Below are positions 25,045 through 39,400 of a stretch of DNA of 64,000 nt, in pieces. The position numbers and the translations under genes are program-made. The first letter of the stretch is position 1, and every line of letters begins with the position of its first letter. The notes under the pieces are model-generated. The model saw only the letters and a program-made list of their open reading frames with translations. It ran no database searches and was not told where the DNA came from. The DNA is from Pristiophorus japonicus (lineage: Eukaryota): contig NC_091992.1 in assembly GCF_044704955.1 (NCBI RefSeq), positions 29,264,001 to 29,328,000 on the forward strand, written 5' to 3'.

Positions 25045-28000
25045 ATGACAGCACTGGAGCTGCGGATGGACTCACTCTGGAGCATGCGCGGTGCTGAGAA
25101 TGTTGTGGATAGCACATTTAGTGAGTTGGTCACACCACAGGTAAGGGTTAGGACAGATAGTGAATGGGTGACCAAGAGACAAGGCAAGAGCAAAAAAGGT
25201 AGTGCAGGAGTCCCCTGCGGTCTTCTCCCTCCAAAACAGATATACCGTTTTGGATACTGTTGGGGGAGATGACTTACCAGGGGAAGGCACCAGCAGCCAG
25301 GTTCATGGCACCGTGGGTGGCTCTGCTGCACAGAAGGGTGGGAAAAAGAGTGGGAGAGCTATAGTGATAGGGGACTCTATTGTAAGGGGAATAGATAGGA
25401 GTTTCTGCAGCCGCAACCGAGACTCCAGGATGGTATGTTGCCTCCCTGGTGCAAGGGTCAAGGATGTCTCAGAGCGGCTGCAGAGCATTCTGAAGAGGGA
25501 GGGTGAACAGCCAGTTGTCGTGGTACATGTAGGTACCAACGATATAGGTAAAAAGCGGGAAGAGGTCCTACAAGCTGAATTTAGGGGGCTAGGAGTTAAA
25601 TTAAAAAGTAGGACCTCAAAGGTAGTAATCTCTAGATTGCTACCAGTGCCACATGCTAATCAGAATAGAGGGAGCAGGATAGTTAGAATAAATACGTGGC
25701 TTGAGCAGTGGTGCAAGAGGGAGGGATTCAAATTCCTGGGACATTGGAACCAGTTCTGGGGGAAGTGAGACCGGTACAAAAGGGATGGTTTGCACTTGGG
25801 CAGGAGTGGAACTGATGTCCTAGGGGTAACATTTGCTAATGCAGTTCGGGAGTGTTTAAACTAATATGGCAGGGGGATGGGAACCTATGCAGCGAGATAG
25901 GGCGAAGTAATATGGAGTCAGAAACAGATGGTAGAAAGATAAAAAGCAATAGTGGAAGGCAAGAAACAAAAAGGGCCACACTACATCATAATTCTAAAAG
26001 GACAAAGGGTGTTAAAAAAACAAGCCAGAAGGCTTTGTGTCTTAATGCAAGGAGTATCCGTAATAAGGTGGATGAATTTACTGTGCAAATAGATGTTAAT
26101 GGATATGATGTGATTGGGATTACGGAGACATGGCTCCAGGATGATCAGGGCTGCGAACTCAACATCCATGGGTATTCAACATTCAGGAAGGATAGAATAA
26201 AAGGAAAAGGAGGTGGGGTAGCATTGCTGGTTAAAGAGGAGATTAATGCAATAGTTAGGAAGGACATTAGCTTGGATGATGTGGAATCTATATGGGTAGA
26301 GATGCAGAACACCAAAGGGCAAAAAACGTTAGTGGGAGTTGTGTACAGACCTCCAAACAGTAGTAGTGATGTTGGGGAAGGCATCAAACAGGAAATTAGG
26401 GGTGCATGCAATAAAGGTGCAGCAGTTATCATGGGTGACTTTAATATGCATACAGATTGGGCTAACCAAACTGGAAGCAATACGGTGGAAGAGGATTTCC
26501 TGGAGTGCATAAGGGATGGTTTTCTAGACCAATATGTCGAGGAACCAACTAGGGGGGTGGCCATCTTAGACCGGGTGTTGTGTAATGAGAGAGGATTAAT
26601 TAGCAATCTCGTTGTGCGAGGCCCCTTGGGTAAGAGTGACCATAATATGGTGGAATTCTACATTAGGATGGAGAATGAAACAGTTAATTCAGAGACCATG
26701 GTCCAGAACTTAAAGAAGGGTAACTTTGAAGGTATGAGGCGTGAATTGGCTAGGATAGATTGGCGAATGATACTTAAGTGGATGGGCAATGGCAGACATT
26801 TAGAGACCGCATGGATGAACTACAACAATTGTACATCCCTTTCTGGCATAAAAATAAAAAAGGGAAGGTGGCTCAACCGTGGCTATCAAGGGAAATCAGG
26901 GATAGTATTAAAGCCAAGGAAGTGGCATACAAATTGGCCAGAAATAGCAGTGAACCTGGGAACTGGGAGAAATTTAGAACTCAGCAGAGGAGGACAAAGG
27001 GTTTGATTAGGGCAGGGAAAATAGTGTACGCGAGGAAACTTGCAGGGAACATTAAGACGGACTGCAAAAGTTTCTATAGATATGTAAAGAGAAAAAGGTT
27101 AGTAAAGACAAACGTAGGTCCCCTGCAGTCAGAATCAGGGGAAGTCATAACGGGGAACAAAGAAATGGCAGACCAATTGAACAAGTACTTTGGTTCGGTA
27201 TTCACTAAGGAGGACACAAACAACCTTCCGGATATAAAAGGGGTCAGAGGGTCTAGTAAGAAGGAGGAACTGAGGGAAATCCTTATTAGTCGGGAAATTG
27301 TGTTGGGAAAATTAATGGGATTGATGGCCGATAAATCCCCAGGGCCTGATGGACTGCATTCCAGAGTACTTAAGGAGGTGGCCTTGGAAATAGCGGATGC
27401 ATTGACAGTCATTTTCCAACATTCCATAGACTCTGGATCAGTTCCTATGGAGTGGAGGATAACCAATGTAACCCCACTTTTTAAAAAAGGAGGGAGAGAG
27501 AAAACAGGGAATTATAGACCGGTCAGCCTGACATCAGTAGTGGGTAAAATGATGGAATCAATTGTTAAGGATGTCATATCAGCGCATTTGGAAAGAGGTG
27601 ACATGATAGGTCCAAGTCAGCATGGATTTGTGAAAGCAAAATCATGCTTGACAAATCTTCTGGAATTTTTTGAGGATGTTTCCAGTAGAGTGCACAAGGG
27701 AGAACCAGTTGATGTGTATTTGGACTTTCAGAAGACTTTCGACAAAGTCCCACACAAGAGATTAATGTGCAAAGTTAAAGCACATGGGATTGGGGGAAGT
27801 GTGCTGACGTGGATTGAGAACTGGTTGTCAGACAGGAAGCAAAGAGTAGGAGTAAATGGGTACTTTTCAGAATGGCAGGCAGTGACTAATGGGGTACCGC
27901 AAGGTTCTGTGCTGGGGCCCCAGCTGTTTACATTGTACATTAATGATTTAGACGAGGGGATTAAATGTAGTATCTCCAAATTTGCGGATAACACTAAGTT

Positions 28001-28918
28001 GGGTGGTAGTGTGAGCTGCGAGGAGGATGCTATGAGACTGCAGAGTGACTTGGATAGGTTAGGTGAATGGGCAAATGCATGGCAGATGAAGTATAATGTG
28101 GATAAATGTGAGGTTATCCACTTTGGTGGTAAAAACAGAGAGACAGACTATTATCTGAATGGTGACAGATTAGGAAAAGGGGAGGTGCAAAGAGACCTGG
28201 GTGTCATGGTACATCAGTCTTTGAAGATTGGCATGCAGGTACAGCAGGCAGTTAAGAAAGCAAATGGCATGTTGGCCTTCATAGCGAGGGGATTTGAGTA
28301 CAGGGACAGGGAGGTGTTACTACAGTTGTACAGGGCCTTGGTGAGGCCACACCTGGAGTATTGTGTACAGTTTTGGTCTCCTAACTTGAGGAAGGACATT
28401 CTTGCTATTGAGGGAGTGCAGCGAAGGTTCACCAGACTGATTCCCGGGATGGCGGGACTGACATATCAAGAAAGACTGGATCAACTGGGCTTGTATTCAC
28501 TGGAGTTCAGAAGAATGAGAGGGGATCTCATAGAAACGTTTAAAATTCTGACGGGGTTAGACAGGTTAGATGCAGGAAGAATGTTCCCAATGTTGGGGAA
28601 GTCCAGACCCAGGGGTCACAATCTAAGGATAAGGGGTAAGCCATTTAGGACCGAGACGAGGAGAAACTTCTTCACCCAGAGAGTGGTGAACCTGTGGAAT
28701 TCTCTATCACAGAAAGTTGTTGAGGCCAATTCACTAAATATATTCAAAAAGGAGTTAGATGTAGTCCTTACTACTAGGGGGAATCAAGGGATATGGCGAG
28801 AAAGCAGGAATGGGTACTGAAGTTGCATGTTCAGCCATGAACTCATTGAATGGCGGTGCAGGCTCGAAGGGCTGAATGGCCTACTCCTGCACCTATTTTC
28901 TATGTTTCTATGTTTCTA
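25045..28918 (+). mobile_element. Near full-length inactive CR1 (partial ORF1 esterase plus ORF2 APE-RT)
   Basis: ORF1 GDS/GTND SGNH motifs with a frameshift and a stop. ORF2 has a frameshift near 26777 and FADD changed to FADN. (ctatgttt)n tail. Confidence 0.95.
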
Positions 28919-29437
28919 ATATAAGCAGGAGGTACAGCAAGTAGTATAAGTAGGTATAACTCAGCCATAACAAAGTGTCACAGAGGCATGACTAAATCAT
29001 GACACAAAATGAGTGTGCCGAGAGGAAATATGTTCAGTCACAAATTGTTTTAATATATTAGCAATTTAAAGGACTTCGCTTTCTGACAGTTTTTGGAAGG
29101 GCTTAGAGCAATGTTTTTGTCTGTTAGCAAAATAATTTTAAAAAATTCTACTATTTCTGTTTCACTATAAATAGCAAACACAGAGGAGCACTTCCCCCTC
29201 AGATGAAGACAAAATTTGCATTTATATAGCACCTCAGGACTTCCTAAAATACTTCATAATCAGTGAACTACGTTTTGAAATGCAATCACTTTTGTCAGGT
29301 TGGTAGTCAGTTGCACATTGCAAGGTTTCACAAACAGATAAAGTGGTGATATTGATTGAAAGGAATGTTGAAAATGCTGGGGGATATTTAACATCTGTGT
29401 CACCAGGCATACAGGCCGAAAGTGTCACCAGCACTAT

Positions 29438-32400
29438 GGAGCCGAAATTGGTCGACATACTGACCCCGACCGCGTGCGTACCGCCCAAAAATGCGATTTT
29501 GGTCACAAAACACCTACATACCACCGACATACCGCTCAGCAGAATATTCATCATTGACATACAGCCAAGCAGTATGCACACCGCCCGCCATGCAGGACCG
29601 CTCGCATACAGCCCAAAAAATCCGATTTTCATCACACACTGCCGTCATACCACCGGAGCTGCATACCGTCCTGGAAAAGGTGGTTTTACACAATGGTAAG
29701 TGGGCGGGAATGGGCGGAGTGCACGAGTCGCCTTTTTGGAAATCGGGAATTATCAGCTAAAGTAGCACCTCTGTATTTCTGAGGTGAACAGTGATTTTAC
29801 AGTGCAATTTGGGGTGAAAAATTTATTTTTATTGTTACTGAGTAACTTATTAAAGATAGAAGACATTTTAGTTAAATTTTTTTCATCGAAAAATATTGTG
29901 GAGAAGAATGGGGCCTGTGCTATCTCAGCCTGTATTACTGACAACCTGTCTAATGGAGGAACCAGATGTAAGAAGGTTTATTGAGCAGAGCTATGAGGGT
30001 AATAGAGGAGGTCACAAACTGATGAGGAGGAGGAGGCTTACCCTGATGACTGTTACCCGAAAAGTTTGACACTGTACTAGAGTGCTTAAATTAAATTCAA
30101 ACGTTTATATAAAAATATCAAAAATATACAACAATTTTAAAACTTTGTAAACATAACTATAAAACAACTTTAACTTTAACAACTTTAATAACAATTTTAA
30201 CAAAACTTTAACAACCTTAATAACAACTTGAACAAAACTTTAACAAATTTATTAACAACTTGAACAAAACTTTTCAACTTTAATAAACTTTTACAAATCA
30301 AACTTAAATTATTCAATGCACAAGTACATCAAAAAGACCCTTTACTCTCCTCGACCACGACATCAACCTCGACTGCGTGCTGCACCACCCTTGGGACTAT
30401 TCCCCTCTTTCTTATTTTCGCCCTTCTCTTTTCCAGTGCCCCTGAGCCTGGACCTCCCCGTGGTGGTACCAAGTCGGCAAGCAGCACCGCATCCTGAGTG
30501 TTGTTGTTGCTGTCCTTGGGGGTCAGACATTGCAGGCGCAAGAATTGAGGCCTCAGGAGAAGCTCGTGATGTGGGAGGCGTAGCTTCAGGGCTGGAAGAT
30601 GATGTGAGCTCCCCACCCTCAGGTGCTGTCGACCTGACTACTATGGCACAGGGGGGTTCCGTGCCATGTCCCGATCCCGTCGATTGCCGCATGGCTTCGA
30701 CAGCGCCGGCTCCATCGCGGTGATCAAACACGACATATCCTCCGACTGCCGCTCTGATAGAGCTGCGATGTTTGCGGTTATCATAGTCATGGTCTTGAAC
30801 AGCTCTCCACCTATGTCGACGCTGGCCTGTGACAGACGCACCACGTTCAGGTACACGCCTACAGCAACTGATCTTTCCTGCACCATCCTCCGTTGCTGTG
30901 GCAAAGGCGCTGCAACACTGGGGGTGCGTTGCTGTGCACGGCTTGGTCCCGCACAATCAGAGGAGCCATGGGGGAATCCTCTGAATACAGACTCGGTGGT
31001 GGAGGATGTTCCAGCTGGCCCACATGGAACTGGTGTATCCTCCTCCGTCTCCATCCCCACCTCCACCCCCATTGGCTGCAGGATCAGCGGCTCTTCCTCT
31101 TCCTGTTCCTCTTCGTCTTCCTCATCTCTGTAAGTGGTGAAGTCGGGAGAGGGCTGGGTGACGCCAGAGGTGGAAGCAGTGGGTCTATCGTCTATGTCAG
31201 TGTGGTCTGAATCATCCGAGTCTGGAAGTACAAAACAACATTTTAAAAAGCTTGGCACCAGGGGCGGGGTCAGGGTTACATGAGTACATAGTACAGTGAC
31301 TTATCGCGGTCTTGATTAAATGCTGCAGTACTGCATTACATATCGCAGACAGCCAATACATATATGCATTGCGTTACATGCCCCGAACATTCCAGTACAT
31401 CATATGAGGCCAACATTACAGTGCAATAAATGTACATTACATTACATCAGGCCAACGTTACAGTTACAGTTACATTACATGACATGAGAGGACCGTAACA
31501 CAGACCAGGGATTGTATTCAACTGACCATCCTGTGTGAGTGGGTCAGCTCCACTGCTGGTGGTGGCATGGATACTATCCCCGACCAACGACAGGGCACGG
31601 ATCTCAATGTCAGTCATCGATGTGGGTCCTCCCACCGTACGCCGCTGATCGGCTGCTATTGCAAATGTCTTCTTCTGCAGAAAGTAAAGTAAATCAAAGT
31701 AAAAATCTTCAATCCATTTAACATCGCAGACACACAGGGTCACACACGCACAAAAAAAACCCACTGCGTTGATCCTCTTGTCATTGCCTGAAAGCACGAA
31801 TACATCACCGTAACTTTAAGATAAATAACACCATCTGTGTGACACGGAACCTACATTTGCATGGTACATGGCACATGGGGGGGGTGCATAAATAAAATTA
31901 CTGGCTCTTGCTACCATCACCAGGTAGTTCCACCTCTCACGGCACCTTTCCCCGGTGCGTACCATGGTACATTTGGAGGACACTGTCTCCCCGATCTTGT
32001 CCCATATCCTGTTGTACTCCTTTGGGGAAGGCTTTCCACGACCACCCTTCGTTAGGTCGGAGTATCTCTCCGTAATATTCTCCAGCAGGGCAGGTAACTC
32101 CGTCTCGTCGAAGGCAGGCTCCCTCAACCTCCCATCCTTCTCGATGTTCCCGCACTTCCACTTCTTTTTTAGCATTTCCATAATATTTCTGTTATGATTT
32201 TTGCTTTGGAAAATATGTCTTATTACTCTTCAAACTAGAATTATTAGTTGTTAGGAATATTTTTTAACTCTGCAATGTGTTTTTCAAGTAACTGCCCGTC
32301 GACTAGCTTGCTGCTCCTTCTCACTCTCTCTCCCTCCTCTTCAACTCTCTGCGCATGCGCAGGTGACCCCTGACCCCCGAAATCACGGGTAAAATGCTTC

Positions 32401-32663
32401 TGTAAAAAAAACGGGGGGAAAATAATCACGCATGCGCAGTTCAGTGCTGCACCGTCCATTGAAGAGAAAGTCGATCTGGATTGACTACTAAGTTACATAC
32501 AGCCCGCTGCAGACCGCTGGCATACCGCTGACATAACGTAGAAAAAATTTGGACCAATTTTGTCCTCTTCGGTCTCGGCGGTATGCCGGTGGTTTGAATT
32601 GATGCACTGCCGGCATACCGCCGAGAAATGGGCGGACCTTATGCAATGACCAATTTCGGCCCC
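29438..32663 (-). mobile_element. Harbinger derivative carrying only a spliced Myb/SANT-like gene
   Basis: TIRs ggagccgaaattggtc / gaccaatttcggcccc. Minus-strand exons at ~32181-31906 (REPAFDETEL..LL...IWDKIGETVS..RTGERCRERWNYL), ~31677-31525 and ~31223-30360. No transposase seen. Confidence 0.75.
30100..30312. repeat. Degenerate A/C/T tandem repeat (aacaactttaat-like units)
   Basis: G-poor repeated aacaa(c/t)ttt(a) units in the presumed 3' UTR of the Myb gene. Confidence 0.7.
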
Positions 32664-32706
32664 ATAATGGACAGCTGGCACATTGAATGTATCAATTGTT
32701 AGTGCC

Positions 32707-33140
32707 AGCTGTGGCTCACTGGGTAGCACACTCGCCTCTGAGTCAGGGACTGGAGAATATAAATCTAGGTTGACACTCCAGTGCAGTGCTGAGGGAGTGC
32801 TACACTGTCGGAGGTGCTGTCTTTCGGATGAGATGTTAAACCGAGGCCCCATCTGCTCTCTCAGGTGGACATAAAAGATTGGCTGGCACTATTTTGAAAA
32901 AGAGCAGGAACGTTATCCCTGGTGTCCTGGCCAATATTTATCTCTCAATCAACATAACAAAAACAGATGATCTGGTCATTATCACATTGCTGTTTGTGGG
33001 AGCTTGCTGTGTGCAAATTGGTTGCCACATTTCCCACATTACAACAGTGACTACACTCCAAAAGTACTTCATTGGTTGTAAAGCGCTTTGATAGCTGTAT
33101 AGCGTGAAAGGCGCTATATAAATGCCAGTCTTTCTTCTTT
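32707..33140 (+). mobile_element. tRNA-derived Deu-type SINE
   Basis: gtggctcactgggtagcac A-box head, conserved core, and gaaaggcgctatataaatgc tail shared with the L2 at 19700-20951. Confidence 0.75.
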
Positions 33141-34034
33141 TCAATTGCCAATGGGACCTTGTTGATCCTTGCACACAATGGTGCTTTCCACTAATAGTTC
33201 CCTGAGCTCGGTGCCTCAAGGGTGGAGTCAGCCTCAATTTGCTGGGCCTGATGACGTGGGACTCTAGTGCCCGAAGTATTGCAGTGATTTGGGTGAAACC
33301 GGCTGCATTATCGGCTCCTCAATGTTATCCAGCATGTGGTGCTCCAGGGTGTTTTATCTTGAATGAGTTAGCCTCTCCTTCCCAAAGGCAAGTGCCTGGC
33401 TTGTGTTCTGTAAAGCTACGATGAGAAACTTGCTTGAGTCACAGGTTGAAGCCGGCTCCCTCGTGTTCTGTGGCATTGGAGCACTGTGCTGATAGATGGC
33501 ATCTGGTTTTCATTGTTTCGGGTCTGTCCGTTATGATTTTTATTCTGTACAATCTATTAATCATCCATTTTTATTAGTTTAGTTTCTGGCTGTTTCTCGC
33601 ACTAACTTAAAAACAAACTGGTCTGGCTATATGTGTGAGGCCTGTACACCAGTTGGTATAGTGTCTAATCGTGTATCCTTGGCCTTCTCCCTTCCACCTT
33701 CCTCTTGCCCCACACTTCTTCCTTCTTCACTTTCAAGCCTGTTTACACTGACTGCTGGGTCCTCTTGGTTATCTTTTGGTGTTAGTCCAACTGAGGCAAC
33801 TACAATCGCAAGCTAGCAAAGTACAAAGCAACTCTCAAGTTGCTCATTCCAAATGAGGTGTATTTCCAGACACCCTTATGGTGTTTCCTGTGCTGTTTCT
33901 CTCAGCCAAAAAATAAAGGTTAAAACTTTTTTGGAACATTTAGAGCTTTTTTATTATTTCTATAACTAAATTCTCGGCCTATGTTTTCCCTGCTGTGTGC
34001 TGTTGATGCCTGCCAGCTCCCATTGATGTTAATA

Positions 34035-34373
34035 CAGGTTGAACCTCCTTTATTCAGAACTCCCTTATCCAGAACCACCCCTCATCCGGAATCATTCCCG
34101 GCCACCGGGTGGCCCATGCGCAGAGCTCTGACATGAACAAATTGAACAAATTGAAGTCCTTCCTCGTTGGCAACTCCCGCAATCGCAGGCCTGACCCTGC
34201 GATCCACCCCGCCTCCCCACCCCATGATCTCTCTGCCGCACTCCCAGCCCCAAGCCAACCAGCCCTGATATCCCCTTGCTCAGTACCTGTACCATCCAAT
34301 TTAAGGTGACTACCCTTCGTCCAGAAAAATCCCTTATCCAGAACCGGCCAGGCCCCGAGGGAGTTTCAACCTG
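34035..34373. mobile_element. Tc1/mariner-pogo type MITE
   Basis: TA|caggttgaa ... ttcaacctg|TA, with repeated subterminal tcccttatccagaacc. Confidence 0.75.
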
Positions 34374-34432
34374 TATAAAGCAACTGAAACCTAAAGATAC
34401 TGATTGTACATTTTAAAACTTATTTCCTATAG

Positions 34433-34527
34433 CTAACCACTCCAAGAGGGAGAGTGCCCCTCGTTCGGATTCTCAATCCATGGGGTTCAGGGCAACATAT
34501 GGAATGGACAGGTGACTGGAGCGATAA
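34433..34527 (+). CDS. Calpain exon 7, catalytic Asn (LVRILNPWGSGQHMEWTGDWSD)
   Basis: NPWG...EW.G.WSD motif; cctatag acceptor and AA|gtaagt donor. Confidence 0.95.
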
Positions 34528-36400
34528 GTAAGTGTCATCATTGCTGTAACTGTTCTGTCGAACTACAGGATGAGAAAGTTCATTGAGCCACACTTTTGAA
34601 GTGATTAGTTTCGATATGGGGGCAGAGATCCTTCTTTGCAAGCCCTCACTTTACATTGAGTACAGTTGAAGTTATCAGTCAAGAACTGTATTTAAATTTA
34701 AGCCTAGACATTGCTGTCAGGATAACGCCAGGGGTCTGTGAGAATTTTCACTCACCTGGCCCAAGATTTCTGTTTTGACTCAAAGATACAAAGATAACCG
34801 ATGTCTGAGAAGCTAGCCCACCAAAATCCAGTCTTCACACATAGCATGCATGACATGCTTCGACTACCCGTATGAATATAGTTCTCACCGTTTGGGGTTT
34901 TGAAGGAAGCTGCTGTATCTTCACGTTGCACTGACAGTGAATTTCCTCCAGTGCTTCCTTGGCACTTGACGTAACAGAGGAGCAGTAGCAGGAGCAAAGA
35001 AAGTCTCCGAGGTTTCACATGGCACCAAAGGTGTACTGGCTGGATCAGCCATTACATCTATAGATCTAGGTGCAGATACTTAATGACTGCAGAGCACTGC
35101 TTCTGAAAGCTGAGGTTCAGCAGCGCGGCAGTCACCCCTGTAGCTTTGCCTTCTGCATCAGGAAGTCCTGAAAACATCCTCACTCATAGGGACACCACTG
35201 CCAATAGCCATCAAGGTGACCAAGGCCCTCCATTTCTATGCCTCCACCACCTTTGAGACTGCTGTCCATAGATGCATCAAACAGGTAACTGGTGTGCTAC
35301 TTATCTACATCTTTCCCACTAACAGCAACAGCAACACAACTGGCAGGCTGTTTCAACTAGACCATTGGCTTTCCGAATCTCTGGAAATTATACCCCGGAG
35401 TGTTGTTGCCAATTCCTTCTTTTAAAGGAAGAATGAATAAACATTGGTAGCAGAGGAAGATATAGGAATATGGGAGATACCAGGACAGTGAAATAGTTTT
35501 GCATTACTGTGGCAAAAGGATGGGCTGAATGGCCTACTTCTGTGCTGCACAACATTAGTTCTATCACACTCCCCGACTCCTTTAATGCTCTTGCCATATC
35601 ATGTTCAGCATATTCTTCGGAAATAGTGTCAGGGGTTTGTTGTGCCTGGGGCCTTCTCCATTTCTGCTCTGCTTCCTCTTATTATCAATCATTTTGTCCT
35701 GCAGTAGCTGTGTAGTCTTGGGATTATGCAGGTTTAGATCGCATACAAGGTGACACACAGCCGCCCTTCCTATCTGATATTAAATAGCCACGCATCATTG
35801 CAGCTGGGTTGGCTCACAGAGTTCTCCTGCGTCAAGACCTCTTTCAAGTTCCTGCAGTTTTATTTATAATTTTCTGCCTGTGTTTAAGCTGAAGTATGGG
35901 TGTGGGTGGTAAGCATTCAGTGAGCTTTTCCTCTCTTGGGCAGAGTGCATAATATAATTTACAGATTGTGAGCTGCATTTTGTGACATATCTATTTGGAA
36001 TAGGTATTTAATATTCAAAATTGTTCTGCACATTTTCTTCAGGTCAGCCATCTTCTTCCTGACCTATGTTCTTCTGTATCATAGACGACAGCACCCCTTT
36101 TCCTCACATCGTGAATGGGCACTTCCAGCGCACAGTCAGCAAAAGGGTCACACGCATAATTCCCACCTACATTTTCCAGGAATTTAGCAATATGAACCTA
36201 CTCTCCATTGAACAAATACAAGGGTTTGTGTGTCATTTTTAACCATCTAACTGTGGCTCTTTCTGTAAATCAGTTCCACTGCTCCATTAGTCAGCCTGTA
36301 TTACAACAGTGACTACACTTCAGAAAGTACCTCAATGGCTGTAAAGCGCTTTGCATCGTCCAGTGGACGTGAAAAGCGCTATATAAATGAAAGTCTTTAT

Positions 36401-39400
36401 GGGCTAGAACCTCCACTTTTGTGCTTATCACCCAAAAATGGGCGTTATTTCCGGCGTGGGCGGGAAAAAAGGGTTTTCAGATCGCTAGCTTCTCACCCAT
36501 TCTCAAAACACCTAGTTTACATTTTTTTAAATGGGCGTTACCGCGAGCGATATCAAATGGCCGGTTGCGTTAATTTTTTTTGCCCTTCTGCCGTAAAGTG
36601 TGGCCGTCCTTAGCAACGGCATGGCAACGCTCGATTCCCGCGTTTCTGGAAGTCAAGGTCACCATGACATGCGGAGAAGAGGAGACAGAGAGAGAAGGAG
36701 CTCAGAGGGACTGAAGGCATGGCTGGGTGTGGTGTGGCTGCTTTGGGAGGAAGGAGGGAGACTTGAGAGCTTCACAGCAAGTAGGCGAACAAAAATTAGC
36801 TGCTACATATTTGACCAAATTTGGCCTATAATGGAGCGAGAGGAGGAGGCATCACAGCACACTGTGGAGACTAAAGCTGGAGAGAGCAATGAGGTGGGAG
36901 AGGAGCACATTGGAGGCCGCAAAAGAGCCAGGAGGCTCTTGGATGAGGCAAATGCATCCCTCCTACGGAGGTCGAGGAGGGTGATTTGACACAGGAAGGG
37001 CGTGAGAAGCCCACCCCAAAGGTCTACCAGCGGATATGGACCGAGATAGCAAAGGTGGTCTCGTTGGCGACCAACGAGGTGCGTGAGGGCAACCAATGCC
37101 GGAAATGATGAAATGACCTTGTGGGATCCGCAGGAGTAAGTATTACATTGAATTACATGTATTATGTATTTATATAATTTGATTTGTAACAGTCATGAGT
37201 GACTAGCAGCAGATATGAGGTCTTGCACTTTTACCGGGAATGTTTTACTCAAAGCTTGCGGTCACGGTGTAAGTCTTTAGGTAAAGAATGATAATAATCA
37301 TAATAATCATGATTATATCTGTCGGTTATGTGTTGTATCAGTCTCTGTGACAGTACCTAGCAATGATATCACGCAATGATCTCATGCCATGTCATCCTGT
37401 CACCTTTTACAGAAGAAGCTATCGACGATGAGGTCCGTGCAGAGGCGAACGGGTGGGGGGGGCCACCAGTCCCCAGTGATATCAGAGATGGAGGAGTGAG
37501 TGCTTGCACTCGTGGGGAAGCAGCCCCGGACAGCCACGGATGCATCTGCAGACCTGAAGTAATGCCATGTGAGTAAAGTTTACACCATTCATGAAATGTG
37601 ATGTCTGCGATGATTTTGAGAGCAGTGGTGCTTTTGTCGTGCATATGCTGTGTGGAGCGCTGGACTCACCTTGTCACCCTAGCACCCCCTTCCCCTCTAA
37701 TAACCTCATTTGTGTTTTGCAGCTCAGCCAGCAGAGTGGCCCCAGGCAAAACCACAGAGGCCAGAAGGTCGGCTGATGATCCTACTACATCTGGTGCTGC
37801 GGAGCTCCGTTAATCCGTTGGGTCTGTTCTCAACGGATGAGAGCGTGGACTTCGAAGAACATTGCCACGCTCCAGAAGCCATTCCACCCCAAGGCCATCT
37901 AGTAGTCCTCCGGTCATTCCCGCCTCCACTCTGGAGATACCGACCCCAAGCACCTCTCCACAGGGCATTCCATTTGTCCCCAGGATGGCGGCGACCCTGC
38001 GGAGGCCTCGTGGATGCGGCAGGTCTGTTCCACGAGCGCGAATTGACAGCGGAGAGATGGTACAGTTGTCCAGGAGGACTGTAGACATTGGTGACCAACT
38101 CATCGAAGCATTGGGGGCATATCCTGACATCTGGCCATCATGACCGAGTACATTCCACGCATGGTGGAGTCCCCCCTGGATGCGATAGCCAGGAACACTG
38201 CTGCCACAGGCCTCCCAGTGGCCCCCGAGCGCGGCACTCCATCCCTTGGTTCCGCACCACCACTGCGAATGACAGATGAGAGCAAGGACCAAGATCCTGC
38301 TTCTGCATCAGAGAATGTTGCCCCCTCGGCACCCCCCACTCCTGTACCCGTGCAACCACCGCATCTGCCTTCATCCCCCCCAATGAGGCACCGCCTGAGG
38401 AGCTTCTTGGCCAGGCGCCGTGGAGTGAGGAGGGGAATGGTAGAGGTGGGGAGAAGGAGAGGGGGGAAGGAAAGTGAGGTGCATGTGCGCAGGTGATGGC
38501 TGTGTTATATCTCCATCTGGGTATATGCAATTTGTTGCAATATATGGGGGCTGAGGACCACACTCCTGCTTTGCCTTTGTATTCTGTGTTGCTGGACATG
38601 TTGAACATGTAATTTATGTCAATCGTGGAAAAAGTGGGGTGTGGGTGTTATTGGCTGTGATACTTATGATTTCAGACCAATGTTGGTATTAACCTTTTGT
38701 TATTAAACATAACCCTGTTGCGCATTGTCTCAGATAACTGGACTGTTACACACTGGTGATTTCTTACCATGAAAGGGTTAAATACAACTTAACATCAATC
38801 AATGTAAACTTTAAGTGGCACCAAGGTGATGGGCACCATTGATGTCTGAGCTACACACACACAGCAATGTGTCAGCGTTGTCACTCACATCAGCGCTCTT
38901 TCAGGCAAATCTTTCTGATATCAGTTCCTGACGTAAAAGTTGGACTTAACAAATGCCAGCCACACCGCTGGTGTCCATTCCGGTTAGTTCCACTTTTTGT
39001 GGACAGTTTTTTGAGCGAGCGATATTGTGGGTGATATGTGTGCGAGTTGATGAAAATTGACGATGGGCGATCTCCATGGCCGCTAGTTTGGGTAAGTATG
39101 CTCTTTACGACAAAAAACAGTGGGCTGGCATTTATATTGAATTTCAGCATTAATTCCGTGCTGAAAGTAACGCTGGGCGATATTATGGGCGTTGATTTCG
39201 ATCATTCTGCTGATACCGCCCAAGAAAAGTGGGCAGGCGGTAATATTTTTTCCCGGCGTTAAGCACATGGGGAAAGTAACACTCGCTGATAAAAAAGCCC
39301 GTCATTTCCACTTTGTGCCAAAATAGGCGATATATAGGTGTTATACATCATTTCAGCGATAAAGTGGGCGTTAAGCATGCAAAAAAAGTGGAGGTTCTCG

